Assembly: GCF_021869535.1 (NCBI RefSeq)
Contig: NW_026262734.1
Span: 92,194,001 to 92,258,000 of the forward strand
Direction of reading: 5' to 3'
Source: Mytilus californianus
Taxonomy: Eukaryota
Length of the DNA: 64,000 bases
The position numbers and the translations under genes were made by a program. The notes beneath the pieces are model-generated. The model worked only from the letters and a program-made list of their open reading frames with translations, had not been told where the DNA came from and ran no database searches. This document shows positions 31,914-43,346 of the stretch, piece after piece (position 1 is the first letter of the stretch; each line of letters opens with the position of its first letter).

Positions 31914-32170
31914 TGATTCGTACTTGTACTGCATTGATCACATAAACTTGTGGTCCGTTACAGTGAAATCAGTACTTAAATGTCTTGTTTTAGGATTAAC
32001 TCATTCAGACATTGTCAGTCTAATGGCACGTGATCATACTACATTTATCAAATGAACTTGTGGTTCGTTACAGTGGAATCAATTCTAGGACGTTTTATTT
32101 CAGGATAAACTCAATCAGACATTGTGAGTCTAATGGCACGTGTCAGACTCCATTTATCAATTGAACTTGT
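31885..32170 (+). repeat. 110-bp tandem repeat (about 2.6 copies) that includes the last TLR codons and stop
   Basis: gac(g/a)ttgt(c/g)agtctaatg at 31898, 32008 and 32118. Confidence 0.75.
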
Positions 32171-32712
32171 TCTCCTTAATTTTTAAATCAATACTTCGTA
32201 CTCAAAAAAGAACAACATAGGAATCTGGAATCTACACAATGCTTGGTGGAGGTGGAATCCTGGTATTAAAAAAGCGCTGAAAAGTTACATAGGATTTTAA
32301 AAAAAGCTTTAAATGACGATATCTTGTGTATTTGTCAGATTTAAAACTACATTTTGTATATCAAAATTTTTAGAAATTTACCTGTGACGTCATTTTGTAG
32401 CGTTTATCCAGTCGTGTGATAGACAATGCGTGGTTATGTTTTGCTGTTTTTATGTGCTGCCCTAGGTTGTTTTACGTGTTCGTTTTTATTGTGTGGTTCG
32501 TCAGCACTTCGGTGTAGACATGAATATCAATTATATGGTCATTTTTCTATAAATTTACTGTTTGCAAAAGTATAAATTATTCTAAATACTAAGGATTTTC
32601 TTATCCAAGGCATAGATAACCTTGACCGTATTTGGCACAACTTTCTGGAATTTTGGGTCATCAATGCTTTTTAACTTTATACTTGTTTAGCTTTCTGATC
32701 ATTTTGATCTGG

Positions 32713-32756
32713 GCGTCACTGATGAGTCTTATGTAGATGAAACTCGCGTCTGGCGT
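32713..32756 (+). ncRNA. Minimal type I hammerhead ribozyme motif
   Basis: GCGTCA CTGATGA GTC ttatgta GAT GAAA C tcgc GTC TGGCGT; G-U closes stem II and the stem III loop is not palindromic. Confidence 0.62.
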
Positions 32757-33274
32757 ATTAAATTATAAGCCTGGTACATCTGCTAACTATTAGCATGTCG
32801 AAATGTATTATTGTATTGTTTATTTGTGTATTTCTCTGTCCTGAATGTTCTTGCATTTATTTGTAATGGAGTCATGTCATGTAATGTTGTCCTTTTAGTG
32901 TTATATTTAACATTGCCATAAAAGCGCGAGGTTTGGCTAGCCACAAAACCAGGTTCAATCCACCATTTTTCTTAAAATATCCTGTACCAAGTCAGGAAAA
33001 TGGCAGTTGTTATCTTATAGTTCGTTTCTGTGTGTGTTACATTGTCGTCTGTTTTTTTTGTTGCACTTTAGTGTTTCTGTTGTTTCGTTGTTTTCCTGTT
33101 ATAGTTGATGTGTTTCCGTCGGTTTTAGTTTGTAACCTGGATTTATTTTCTCTCAATCGATTTATGACTTTCGAACAGCGGTATAATACTGTTGCCATTA
33201 TTTAACTGAGACATTTGATTCTTAATGTATGAAAATAAACTCATCATAGATACCAGGATTGAAATTTTATATTT

Positions 33275-33318
33275 ACGCCAGACGCGCGTTTCGTCTAAAA
33301 AAGACTCATCAGTGACGC
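33275..33318 (-). ncRNA. Minimal type I hammerhead ribozyme motif, fully canonical
   Basis: Reverse strand: GCGTCA CTGATGA GTC tttttta GAC GAAA C gcgc GTC|TGGCGT. Confidence 0.78.
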
Positions 33319-34489
33319 TCGAATCAAACTATACATATATAGAAATATCTGTTTAGTAATACCTTTTTTTATGGACAATTAAATTCTATTTTTTTTTATT
33401 TACACTTAGACATATACTTTTCCGCCTAAGTTCAAATTTACTAGTTTAACTGTCCTAGTCAATATGTCTTTTTATTCTGTTGGTCTATTTAAATGGATAG
33501 CATATTGCATTTAAAGATAATATGCTGATATTAATATATATGTTCTTTTTATTATGGTGGTTTGGGCACACTATTCGAGATGTGTATTTTAATCATCGGT
33601 ATAAGCGTTCTTTCTAACTTTCTTCTGTTACCTATTCCAATTACGATTTTTTAAATATTATATTCTACTGTGCGCCTCTCTCAAGTCAGGAACCTGTAGC
33701 CTTTGTTAGTCCTGTACGTTTTATAATTTTAGTTCATATATTTTTTCGGAGTTAAGTGTGACGTCCATTTTCGCTGAACTAGTATACATTATTGTTTTGG
33801 GACCAGTTGAAGCCTGCGGGATTTTCTCGTTTTGTTGAAGACCCATTCTTACCCTGTGCTGTTTTCGAATCTTTTGTCAGGTTGTTTTCCTAATCAAACA
33901 TTCCTCCTCTCATACTCAATTTTAGTATTAAAATAACAATATCCATAACATTTCAGTTAAATGTGCAAATCAGAATGAATTTTGCCTTCACCACCTTGAA
34001 TCACCATACTATAGTATTAACCACTTTATTTTATATATTATTGATCGGTGTCGTAAATAAGCCAGAATTATAACATAAATATCCTCCAGAAAGCAGACGA
34101 GTGTAAAACTTCGAGTCAGTCCAATAATATACAAATCAAACCGGGTTTGCATGGGTTCTTCTTTCGCTGTTTGATATTCTACGATTTACATCTGAATGTT
34201 TAACGAGTGTCTTGGTAATCAACAAAGAGAGCAGAAAACGGTTAAAAAAGCAATATTCAGAGCTCTACAAAAGGGTTATGATGCATTCCAAACTTAAATG
34301 TATGCCTAAATATAGCTGTATGTGCCATCGTATTAATACGATTACTCAAATCGTTTAATTAATTTCATTTGGGACAAAGTATATACAATCTATTATAGTA
34401 TTAAAATATTTGACTTATCTACACTGTACATAAATATTCCCCATTCTAAACTAAAAGACAAGTAAAGGAGTTGTTGCAGCTTTGTTTCA

Positions 34490-34810
34490 TACAAAAAGAA
34501 TGGCCAGCATAGATACAGGTATCTTGTGCCGGGAGAAGGGATAATCTATACTTTGTAAAAATTACTCTAATTCAAACAAAACTTCGCTAAAACTGACACT
34601 ATCAACATGTTTAATATCTTGATTAACAACATATTTGTTACGTGTGGCGGTCGTGATTGTAACAAACAATCGGCATTCTCGTCGACTTTTATCGTTATTG
34701 ATATCAGGCTGGCGTCATATATGAACTTCTTTGAAAGAGAGAAAAATAGAATTTAGCAGTATCCTTTAAGTTCTTTTCCCGTTATAAAGATGATGTCCTC
34801 TCACAAAATA
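34490..34810 (+). mobile_element. Degenerate Penelope-like RT fragment
   Basis: Reads in pieces as RYRYLVPG...YFVK...DTINMFNILINNIFVTCGGR. Confidence 0.5.
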
Positions 34811-34940
34811 ATTACAAGTCATGAACATTTGGTATAAATTACGATTAATGTTTGTATTGTCTTTCTTTGTTATCTGGTCAACTCTGGTAAACATACTTTG
34901 TAATTTTTCTTGTACTTTTTGTCTTGATTATTGTGCATAA

Positions 34941-35216
34941 GGGAGCTAACATTTGATTTTCATGGGGGAGCTAGGATGAAATTAATAAAAAAAGGCAGGA
35001 CAGGAGTTTTGAGTGGAAAAAAAGGTAGGATGAGCATCTTGGCAAAAAAAAGGCAAGATGACATGTTATGTAAATAAAAATCATGATAAACTTATAAAAA
35101 AAAGGCAGGACCGAATAGAATGAAAAATAAAAAGGCAGGACAGAGATTACAACTTAAAAAAAGGCAGGACAAACTTTTTCATCCTAGGCCCCCAATAAAA
35201 TCAAATGGTAGCTCCC
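34941..35216. mobile_element. MITE with GGGAGCTA(A/C)CATTTGATTT TIRs, Kolobok-like
   Basis: Flanks ATAA and TTAA; internal AAAAAAGGCAGGA subrepeats. Confidence 0.65.
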
Positions 35217-36155
35217 TTAAATCCGTTCATTCAAACTAGTTACATGAGCATAAGAGTTTCGAAAAAGGAAGGAGGGATCGGTTTACGCACGGAAAATACA
35301 CAAATTTAAGCAAAATTAGTAAACCGTTGTTCAAATTTTATAAATTGACTAGGAAGATAATTAGGATATCAATATTTGTAGAAACTGCATCGCCCGAAAA
35401 GAAGGGAGATCAGGTGTGTCAACAGGGTAGGCATCTCCTGCTAATTTAAAATTAGAAGATGTGGTGTAAGTGCCAATGAGTCAACTCCATAACAGAATGG
35501 TCAACCTAAGGCCTTGCACAATGATTATAGAATAGTCGGCTACAAAAGTCTTCGAAATGTCAATGTAAGTATACATTACCTGCCTTCTGAATATTGCAAC
35601 AGGTGATAATTTCTTATACTCGGAAATAAGACAGAATCGAGACTAGGACACAATCAGTGAAACTAAAGATCATACGACTTTTCAAGAATCTGAAGACCTA
35701 CGACAGCGAGAACAGGTCGACAATGAGCTGAGACACTGACACAGCGTATCATGAAACATAACAAAACCATTTAACACTTTATGATATAAGATTAACAATA
35801 AAAATATACACATATGTACAGGTAATCTTAAATAAGTTTTAAACACTCGATCGCCAAATATGGAAATGTTATTTACAATGTAGAAACAGTATTGCTTTCA
35901 TCACAGGAAACAATGCACTTTGTTATCATGGGATATAAAACATTCAATGTATAAGGAAAACTGTTTTTTATTCCGCGTTTAATGAAAAAATCTTTTTTCT
36001 TTGTCACGAATTCAGTTGAATATCATCTTATCTAACAATGAAAGTAAAAACGTTTTCTGCAATATGCTATATATGTTTTAATTTTACTTGTATGCAGCAT
36101 GATGTATAAAGTTAGATAAAGTAAGTATGAAAATTTATAATAGATTTGCAATGTC

Positions 36156-36600
36156 TATAGGGAAAACGGTACTATTATATTTTCCCAGCATTAGGTTGGC
36201 CTTTTGTGTACCCAAGGCAGGTGAAGGAAGTCAACTTTGGAGCGCTGTGATTGGATGTTAGGGTACAATATATTTTTTTTATTTATCTATGAATAACTGC
36301 AGGGTGTATATTTACAATATAAATTTTGAAACCTGTTGAAATATTTTCTAGAGAATTATTCGAAAAGACTTCAAAAATTTCATAAATTTGGTGTAAAATG
36401 ACGGTGGGCATGGATAACATTAACAAGCTCCGTTGGAAGTTGGTCATGATACTATTTGGCTTCAATTTTTAAAACAGAATAATAAAGTACTAACACTACA
36501 CATAACTGTTTTATCCGGGTTTTTATTATAAAAAGTGGTAAATTTAGAAAATGTTAGTATTGTCGCCTATGGCAGAATAAATAGTACCGTTTTCCCTATA
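36156..36600. mobile_element. 445-bp MITE, copy 1 of 4
   Basis: Perfect 21-bp inverted ends TATAGGGAAAACGGTACTATT ... AATAGTACCGTTTTCCCTATA. Confidence 0.85.
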
Positions 36601-37825
36601 CTGAAGATAGCAAGGGAAATCAAGATCAATCAGACTTCAGTTAAAGTATACTATTTTGAAGCTTTTGATTAGTACATTTGATTTTTATCACAAAGAATAG
36701 AATTTTTTCACTGAGAACAATACTGTGTTGAGAAAAGTGCTGAGTCATCATAATAAGTCAAATTGATGAGTACTGATATAAAACTTTATTCTAGGATTTC
36801 AATATTAACTATATTGTATAAAATGCATCAAACTATAGTTCTTTTGTATTTGTTTTCACCTTTCGCAATGATTAATTCGATTGGAAACTTCAGAATTCAA
36901 GTCGCGACAAATATTTTTAACTGAAATATTTGCCTTTTTTGCTGTGTAATTCCCTAAATGTATCACTTGGGTATTTCTGTAGGCATAATCTATTAAAATG
37001 GGAACTTGTCTGGTTAAGTTTGTACTGTTTATGGAGTAAGGCAATATTTGGTCATACTAGTAGCATTTTCAGTGTTAAAATTGTCCATCTAAGAAAAAAA
37101 GAGGCCCACTTGAGGCTAAATTTAGATAGAATTTATACTCTCCTGTGTAAAGAATTGGTCACATTCTTGGCAATTCATGCAGCAAATATTTCAGTAGTGC
37201 TTCATTTTGTAGTTTCTATCTTTTATTATATCAGGCATATATAATTTTTCATTTTCTACTATTTGACATGACTTTTGTTGGAAATTAATACTCCCAAGGG
37301 ACATAATTCAGCTTTTTCACAGATTAATACAGGCAACAAAGGCAACTTTACAGCTGAGTATTTTGCATATTTAATGTTTAAAGTGTTTAATATCTTTGTT
37401 TTCATCATCTCAAGACAGAAAAATGGATTTTATAACAAGCTCTGAAATTTTGAACCACAATATGGCATATACTAAAGCATGGAATGGAGATTAGTATGAA
37501 AAATCTTGAGTTTGTGCCTATGTTGTAAATTTTGGATAAAATGAATACACATTGAATGGAACTGTCATTTTTATCTGTTTAAATGGAACTGTATATTATT
37601 CTTTTTAAATAAGATAAGATATGATTGGATACAGGTTGTTTATTAAGCCTTATCTGAAAGAAGTAGAGAAAGAGGTAAACCAGCATGTAGGGGTGGGGAC
37701 ATTAAATGATCCATGTTTCTTTAAGTAATGGGAACATACAAGTATTTATTATAGCCAAGGTTTTCACAATAACCCAGTATTGCATTAATGGTGTCATAAG
37801 AATTCTTTATATCTTTATGTCACAG

Positions 37826-38270
37826 TATAGGGAAAACGGTACTATTATATTTTCCCAGCATTAGGTTGGCCTTTTGTGTACCCAAGGCAGGTGAAGGAAG
37901 TCAACTTTGGAACGCTGTGATTGGATGTTAGGGTACAATATATTTTTTTTATTTATCTATGAATAACTGCAGGGTGTATATTTACAATATAAATTTTGAA
38001 ACCTATTGAAATATTTTCTAGAGAATTATTCGAAAAGACTTCAAAAATTTCATAAATTTGGTGTAAAATGACGGTGGGCATGGATAACATTAACAAGCTC
38101 CGTTGGAAGTTGGTCATGATACTATTTGGCTTCAATTTTTAAAACAGAATAATAAAGTACTAACACTACACATAACTGTTTTATCCGGGTTTTTATTATA
38201 AAAAGTGGTAAATTTAGAAAATGTTAGTATTGTCGCCTATGGCAGAATAAATAGTACCGTTTTCCCTATA
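37826..38270. mobile_element. 445-bp MITE, copy 2
   Basis: Same TIRs. Confidence 0.85.
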
Positions 38271-39495
38271 CTGAAGATAGCAAGGGAAATCAAGATCAAT
38301 CAGACTTCAGTTAAAGTATACTATTTTGAAGCTTTTGATTAGTACATTTGATTTTTATCACAAAGAATAGAATTTTTTCACTGAGAACAATACTGTGTTG
38401 AGAAAAGTGCTGAGTCATCATAATAAGTCAAATTGATGAGTACTGATATAAAACTTTATTCTAGGATTTCAATATTAACTATATTGTATAAAATGCATCA
38501 AACTATAGTTCTTTTGTATTTTTTTTCACCTTTCGCAATGATTAATTCGATTGGAAACTTCAGAATTCAAGTCGCGACAAATATTTTTAACTGAAATATT
38601 TGCCTTTTTTGCTGTGTAATTCCCTAAATGTATCACTTGGGTATTTCTGTAGGCATAATCTATTAAAATGGGAACTTGTCTGGTTAAGTTTGTACTGTTT
38701 ATGGAGTAAGGCAATATTTGGTCATACTAGTAGCATTTTCAGTGTTAAAATTGTCCATCTAAGAAAAAAAGAGGCCCACTTGAGGCTAAATTTAGATAGA
38801 ATTTATACTCTCCTGTGTAAAGAATTGGTCACATTCTTGGCAATTCATGCAGCAAATATTTCAGTAGTGCTTCATTTTGTAGTTTCTATCTTTTATTATA
38901 TCAGGCATATATATTTTTTCATTTTCTACTATTTGAAATGACTTTTGTTGGAAATTAATACTCCCAAGGGACATAATTCAGCTTTTTCACAGATTAATAC
39001 AGGCAACAAAGGCAACTTTACAGCTGAGTATTTTGCATATTTAATGTTTAAAGTGTTTAATATCTTTGTTTTCATCATCTCAAGACAGAAAAATGGATTT
39101 TATAACAAGCTCTGAAATTTTGAACCACAATATGGCATATACTAAAGCATGGAATGGAGATTAGTATGAAAAATCTTGAGTTTGTGCCTATGTTGTAAAT
39201 TTTGGATAAAATGAATACACATTGAATGGAACTGTCATTTTTATCTGTTTAAATGGAACTGTATATTATTCTTTTTAAATAAGATAAGATATGATTGGAT
39301 ACAGGTTGTTTATTAAGCCTTATCTGAAAGAAGTAGAGAAAGAGGTAAACCAGCATGTAGGGGTGGGGACATTAAATGATCCATGTTTCTTTAAGTAATG
39401 GGAACATACAAGTATTTATTATAGCCAAGGTTTTCACAATAACCCAGTATTGCATTAATGGTGTCATAAGAATTCTTTATATCTTTATGTCACAG

Positions 39496-39940
39496 TATAG
39501 GGAAAACGGTACTATTATATTTTCCCAGCATTAGGTTGGCCTTTTGTGTACCCAAGGCAGGTGAAGGAAGTCAACTTTGGAACGCTGTGATTGGATGTTA
39601 GGGTACAATATATTTTTTTTATTTATCTATGAATAACTGCAGGGTGTATATTTACAATATAAATTTTGAAACCTATTGAAATATTTTCTAGAGAATTATT
39701 CGAAAAGACTTCAAAAATTTCATAAATTTGGTGTAAAATGACGGTGGGCATGGATAACATTAACAAGCTCCGTTGGAAGTTGGTCATGATACTATTTGGC
39801 TTCAATTTTTAAAACAGAATAATAAAGTACTAACACTACACATAACTGTTTTATCCGGGTTTTTATTATAAAAAGTGGTAAATTTAGAAAATGTTAGTAT
39901 TGTCGCCTATGGCAGAATAAATAGTACCGTTTTCCCTATA
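39496..39940. mobile_element. 445-bp MITE, copy 3
   Basis: Same TIRs. Confidence 0.85.
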
Positions 39941-41165
39941 CTGAAGATAGCAAGGGAAATCAAGATCAATCAGACTTCAGTTAAAGTATACTATTTTGAA
40001 GCTTTTGATTAGTACATTTGATTTTTATCACAAAGAATAGAATTTTTTCACTGAGAACAATACTGTGTTGAGAAAAGTGCTGAGTCATCATAATAAGTCA
40101 AATTGATGAGTACTGATATAAAACTTTATTCTAGGATTTCAATATTAACTATATTGTATAAAATGCATCAAACTATAGTTCTTTTGTATTTTTTTTCACC
40201 TTTCGCAATGATTAATTCGATTGGAAACTTCAGAATTCAAGTCGCGACAAATATTTTTAACTGAAATATTTGCCTTTTTTGCTGTGTAATTCCCTAAATG
40301 TATCACTTGGGTATTTCTGTAGGCATAATCTATTAAAATGGGAACTTGTCTGGTTAAGTTTGTACTGTTTATGGAGTAAGGCAATATTTGGTCATACTAG
40401 TAGCATTTTCAGTGTTAAAATTGTCCATCTAAGAAAAAAAGAGGCCCACTTGAGGCTAAATTTAGATAGAATTTATACTCTCCTGTGTAAAGAATTGGTC
40501 ACATTCTTGGCAATTCATGCAGCAAATATTTCAGTAGTGCTTCATTTTGTAGTTTCTATCTTTTATTATATCAGGCATATATATTTTTTCATTTTCTACT
40601 ATTTGAAATGACTTTTGTTGGAAATTAATACTCCCAAGGGACATAATTCAGCTTTTTCACAGATTAATACAGGCAACAAAGGCAACTTTACAGCTGAGTA
40701 TTTTGCATATTTAATGTTTAAAGTGTTTAATATCTTTGTTTTCATCATCTCAAGACAGAAAAATGGATTTTATAACAAGCTCTGAAATTTTGAACCACAA
40801 TATGGCATATACTAAAGCATGGAATGGAGATTAGTATGAAAAATCTTGAGTTTGTGCCTATGTTGTAAATTTTGGATAAAATGAATACACATTGAATGGA
40901 ACTGTCATTTTTATCTGTTTAAATGGAACTGTTTATTATTCTTTTTAAATAAGATAAGATATGATTGGATACAGGTTGTTTATTAAGCCTTATCTGAAAG
41001 AAGTAGAGAAAGAGGTAAACCAGCATGTAGGGGTGGGGACATTAAATGATCCATGTTTCTTTAAGTAATGGGAACATACAAGTATTTATTATAGCCAAGG
41101 TTTTCACAATAACCCAGTATTGCATTAATGGTGTCATAAGAATTCTTTATATCTTTATGTCACAG

Positions 41166-41610
41166 TATAGGGAAAACGGTACTATTATATTTTCCCAGCA
41201 TTAGGTTGGCCTTTTGTGTACCCAAGGCAGGTGAAGGAAGTCAACTTTGGAGCGCTGTGATTGGATGTTAGGGTACAATATATTTTTTTTATTTATCTAT
41301 GAATAACTGCAGGGTGTATATTTACAATATAAATTTTGAAACCTATTGAAATATTTTCTAGAGAATTATTCGAAAAGACTTCAAAAATTTCATAAATTTG
41401 GTGTAAAATGACGGTGGGCATGGATAACATTAACAAGCTCCGTTGGAAGTTGGTCATGATACTATTTGGCTTCAATTTTTAAAACAGAATAATAAAGTAC
41501 TAACACTACACATAACTGTTTTATCCGGGTTTTTATTATAAAAAGTGGTAAATTTAGAAAATGTTAGTATTGTCGCCTATGGCAGAATAAATAGTACCGT
41601 TTTCCCTATA
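41166..41610. mobile_element. 445-bp MITE, copy 4
   Basis: Same TIRs; the array ends exactly at the right TIR. Confidence 0.85.
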
Positions 41611-42149
41611 GGTTAATAAAATAGAAACACGATGAAGCAAAAAAAAAAAAAAAAAAACAGGTTCGGTATATAGCAATAGACATATGACTATACAGTACGT
41701 CAAGACCGATGATGATAAAAACCTAAGATTTAATATTTGAGTTGATCATTGTGTCGTTTTCATTATCGCATATTGCTTTTAATAATTTATTTACTGCTTG
41801 ATGCTCTCTTTTTACTTTAATAATTTCATTTTTACTGTTTTTCAGTTCTTATTCTTCATTGATTACAATTTTACATGTCTTTATAAAGAAAAAAAAATTT
41901 CATAATCTTATTGCACAAACAATATTGGGGAAAAGAAAATCGTAATTAAATATTGTTTCCACATATTATTTGAGATTTTTCATATATTGAGTTCCGATTC
42001 GTACAAGGTTTATAAACTCTTACAAATAATAATTTTGCATATGCATTTAGTCGGCTATCAGTTATTTCGTGAAATTAATCGCAAAAATTCTGGTTTGTGT
42101 GTTGATCATTTACGTTTACCAAAGCATCTACAATGTATTTGGCCTTGAT

Positions 42150-42265
42150 CTAGTTGATACAACATAGAAAACTAAAGACTGAGCAACACGAACCCCGCAA
42201 GAAACTGGGGGTGATCTCAGATGCTCCGGAAGGGTGAGCAGATTCTGCACCACACGTGACACCCC
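42150..42265 (-). repeat. Interspersed repeat (cacgtgtggagcagaatctgctcacccttccggagca family); other copies at about 10245-10450 and 53075-53250
   Basis: Direct similarity between the three copies. Confidence 0.6.
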
Positions 42266-43346
42266 TTTTAAACGTTTTCATCACAATGAGGATAATTATT
42301 ATGACACATTTCCTAATTTTCCTTGCATTTTGTCTTGAGGAAAAAACGAGCAAATTCACGAAATTATCAATGTTTCAAGTGAAAATGATTTATCCCCAAC
42401 TACCATTTGTACTAGATACACTAGATTCGGGTTTGCCTGTGTTATTTTCAAATCTCTGAAGTAATAATGAAAAACTAGGAAATGACCCAAAGTATACACG
42501 TGTATTTATGTATTTCTTGATATGAAACTCATAGAATGTAGATATTTCTCTATTTCCTTTTTCACCCCACTTAACATTATATTGTTTTAACAGGTTATGG
42601 ATCTTAGTTGTTCACTTCAAATAAAACTGATTGGTGTTCTCGTTTGATTTGTGTCACGCGTGGTCGTGTTGCAATTTTCCTTAACTATTTTATACTGTTT
42701 TTTGATAATTACTAAAATCCATTTGGTAACCTCTATATGTAAACATTCATGCTGGTTTGTCTCTGGTAGATAGTTTTGTATTTGCAAAATTACCAAATCA
42801 CGTTATTTTTTTATGCTATATTTGTACCACATTTGATACCAATTACGGGTCTCAAGGCCACTACTGCTTTCATTGTTTTGCTTTATGTATGAACTAAGCT
42901 TACGGTTACATTGTTTAAATTAGTTTTGGTGGTACACTACATTTTTACTATGTTGGCAAAGAATGAATATGAAATGATGTTGTTATTGGTGCTATTCATC
43001 ATATGATGTGATAAATAGAAAAATAGAAAATCGGAAGTGTTGATAACTTTTTTCAAGAATAGACGACTGATATTGTCAATTCAAAGCCAAAGGAATTGTC
43101 AATGCAAATATATCCTTACTGCTTCATTTGTTTTGGTAAAGCTTAAAATAGATACATTTCGAGCTTCCAGCTCAAACACGTTTAAAACGGTTTTTAATTG
43201 TAAGTTGCATGTTCCTGTTTACTACGTAAATGACAGGAAATTTTCCTCTTGACCTATTTTAAAAACATACAATAATTTTTAAATTTGATACCCATTTTGT
43301 TTATTTTCAGATGCATTTTTACTATTTTATTGACCGTAGCAGAAGA

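Larger units (their letters stand above)
36156..41610. repeat. 1670-bp tandem array (3.27 units): MITE-spacer-MITE-spacer-MITE-spacer-MITE
   Basis: Units start at 36156, 37826, 39496 and 41166; copies differ by only a few SNPs. Confidence 0.95.

Noticed and set aside
36283-41475. Repeated 60-113-aa ORFs in the 1670-bp array
   Set aside because: Low-complexity AT-rich translations with no transposase or other motif; they recur only because the DNA repeats.
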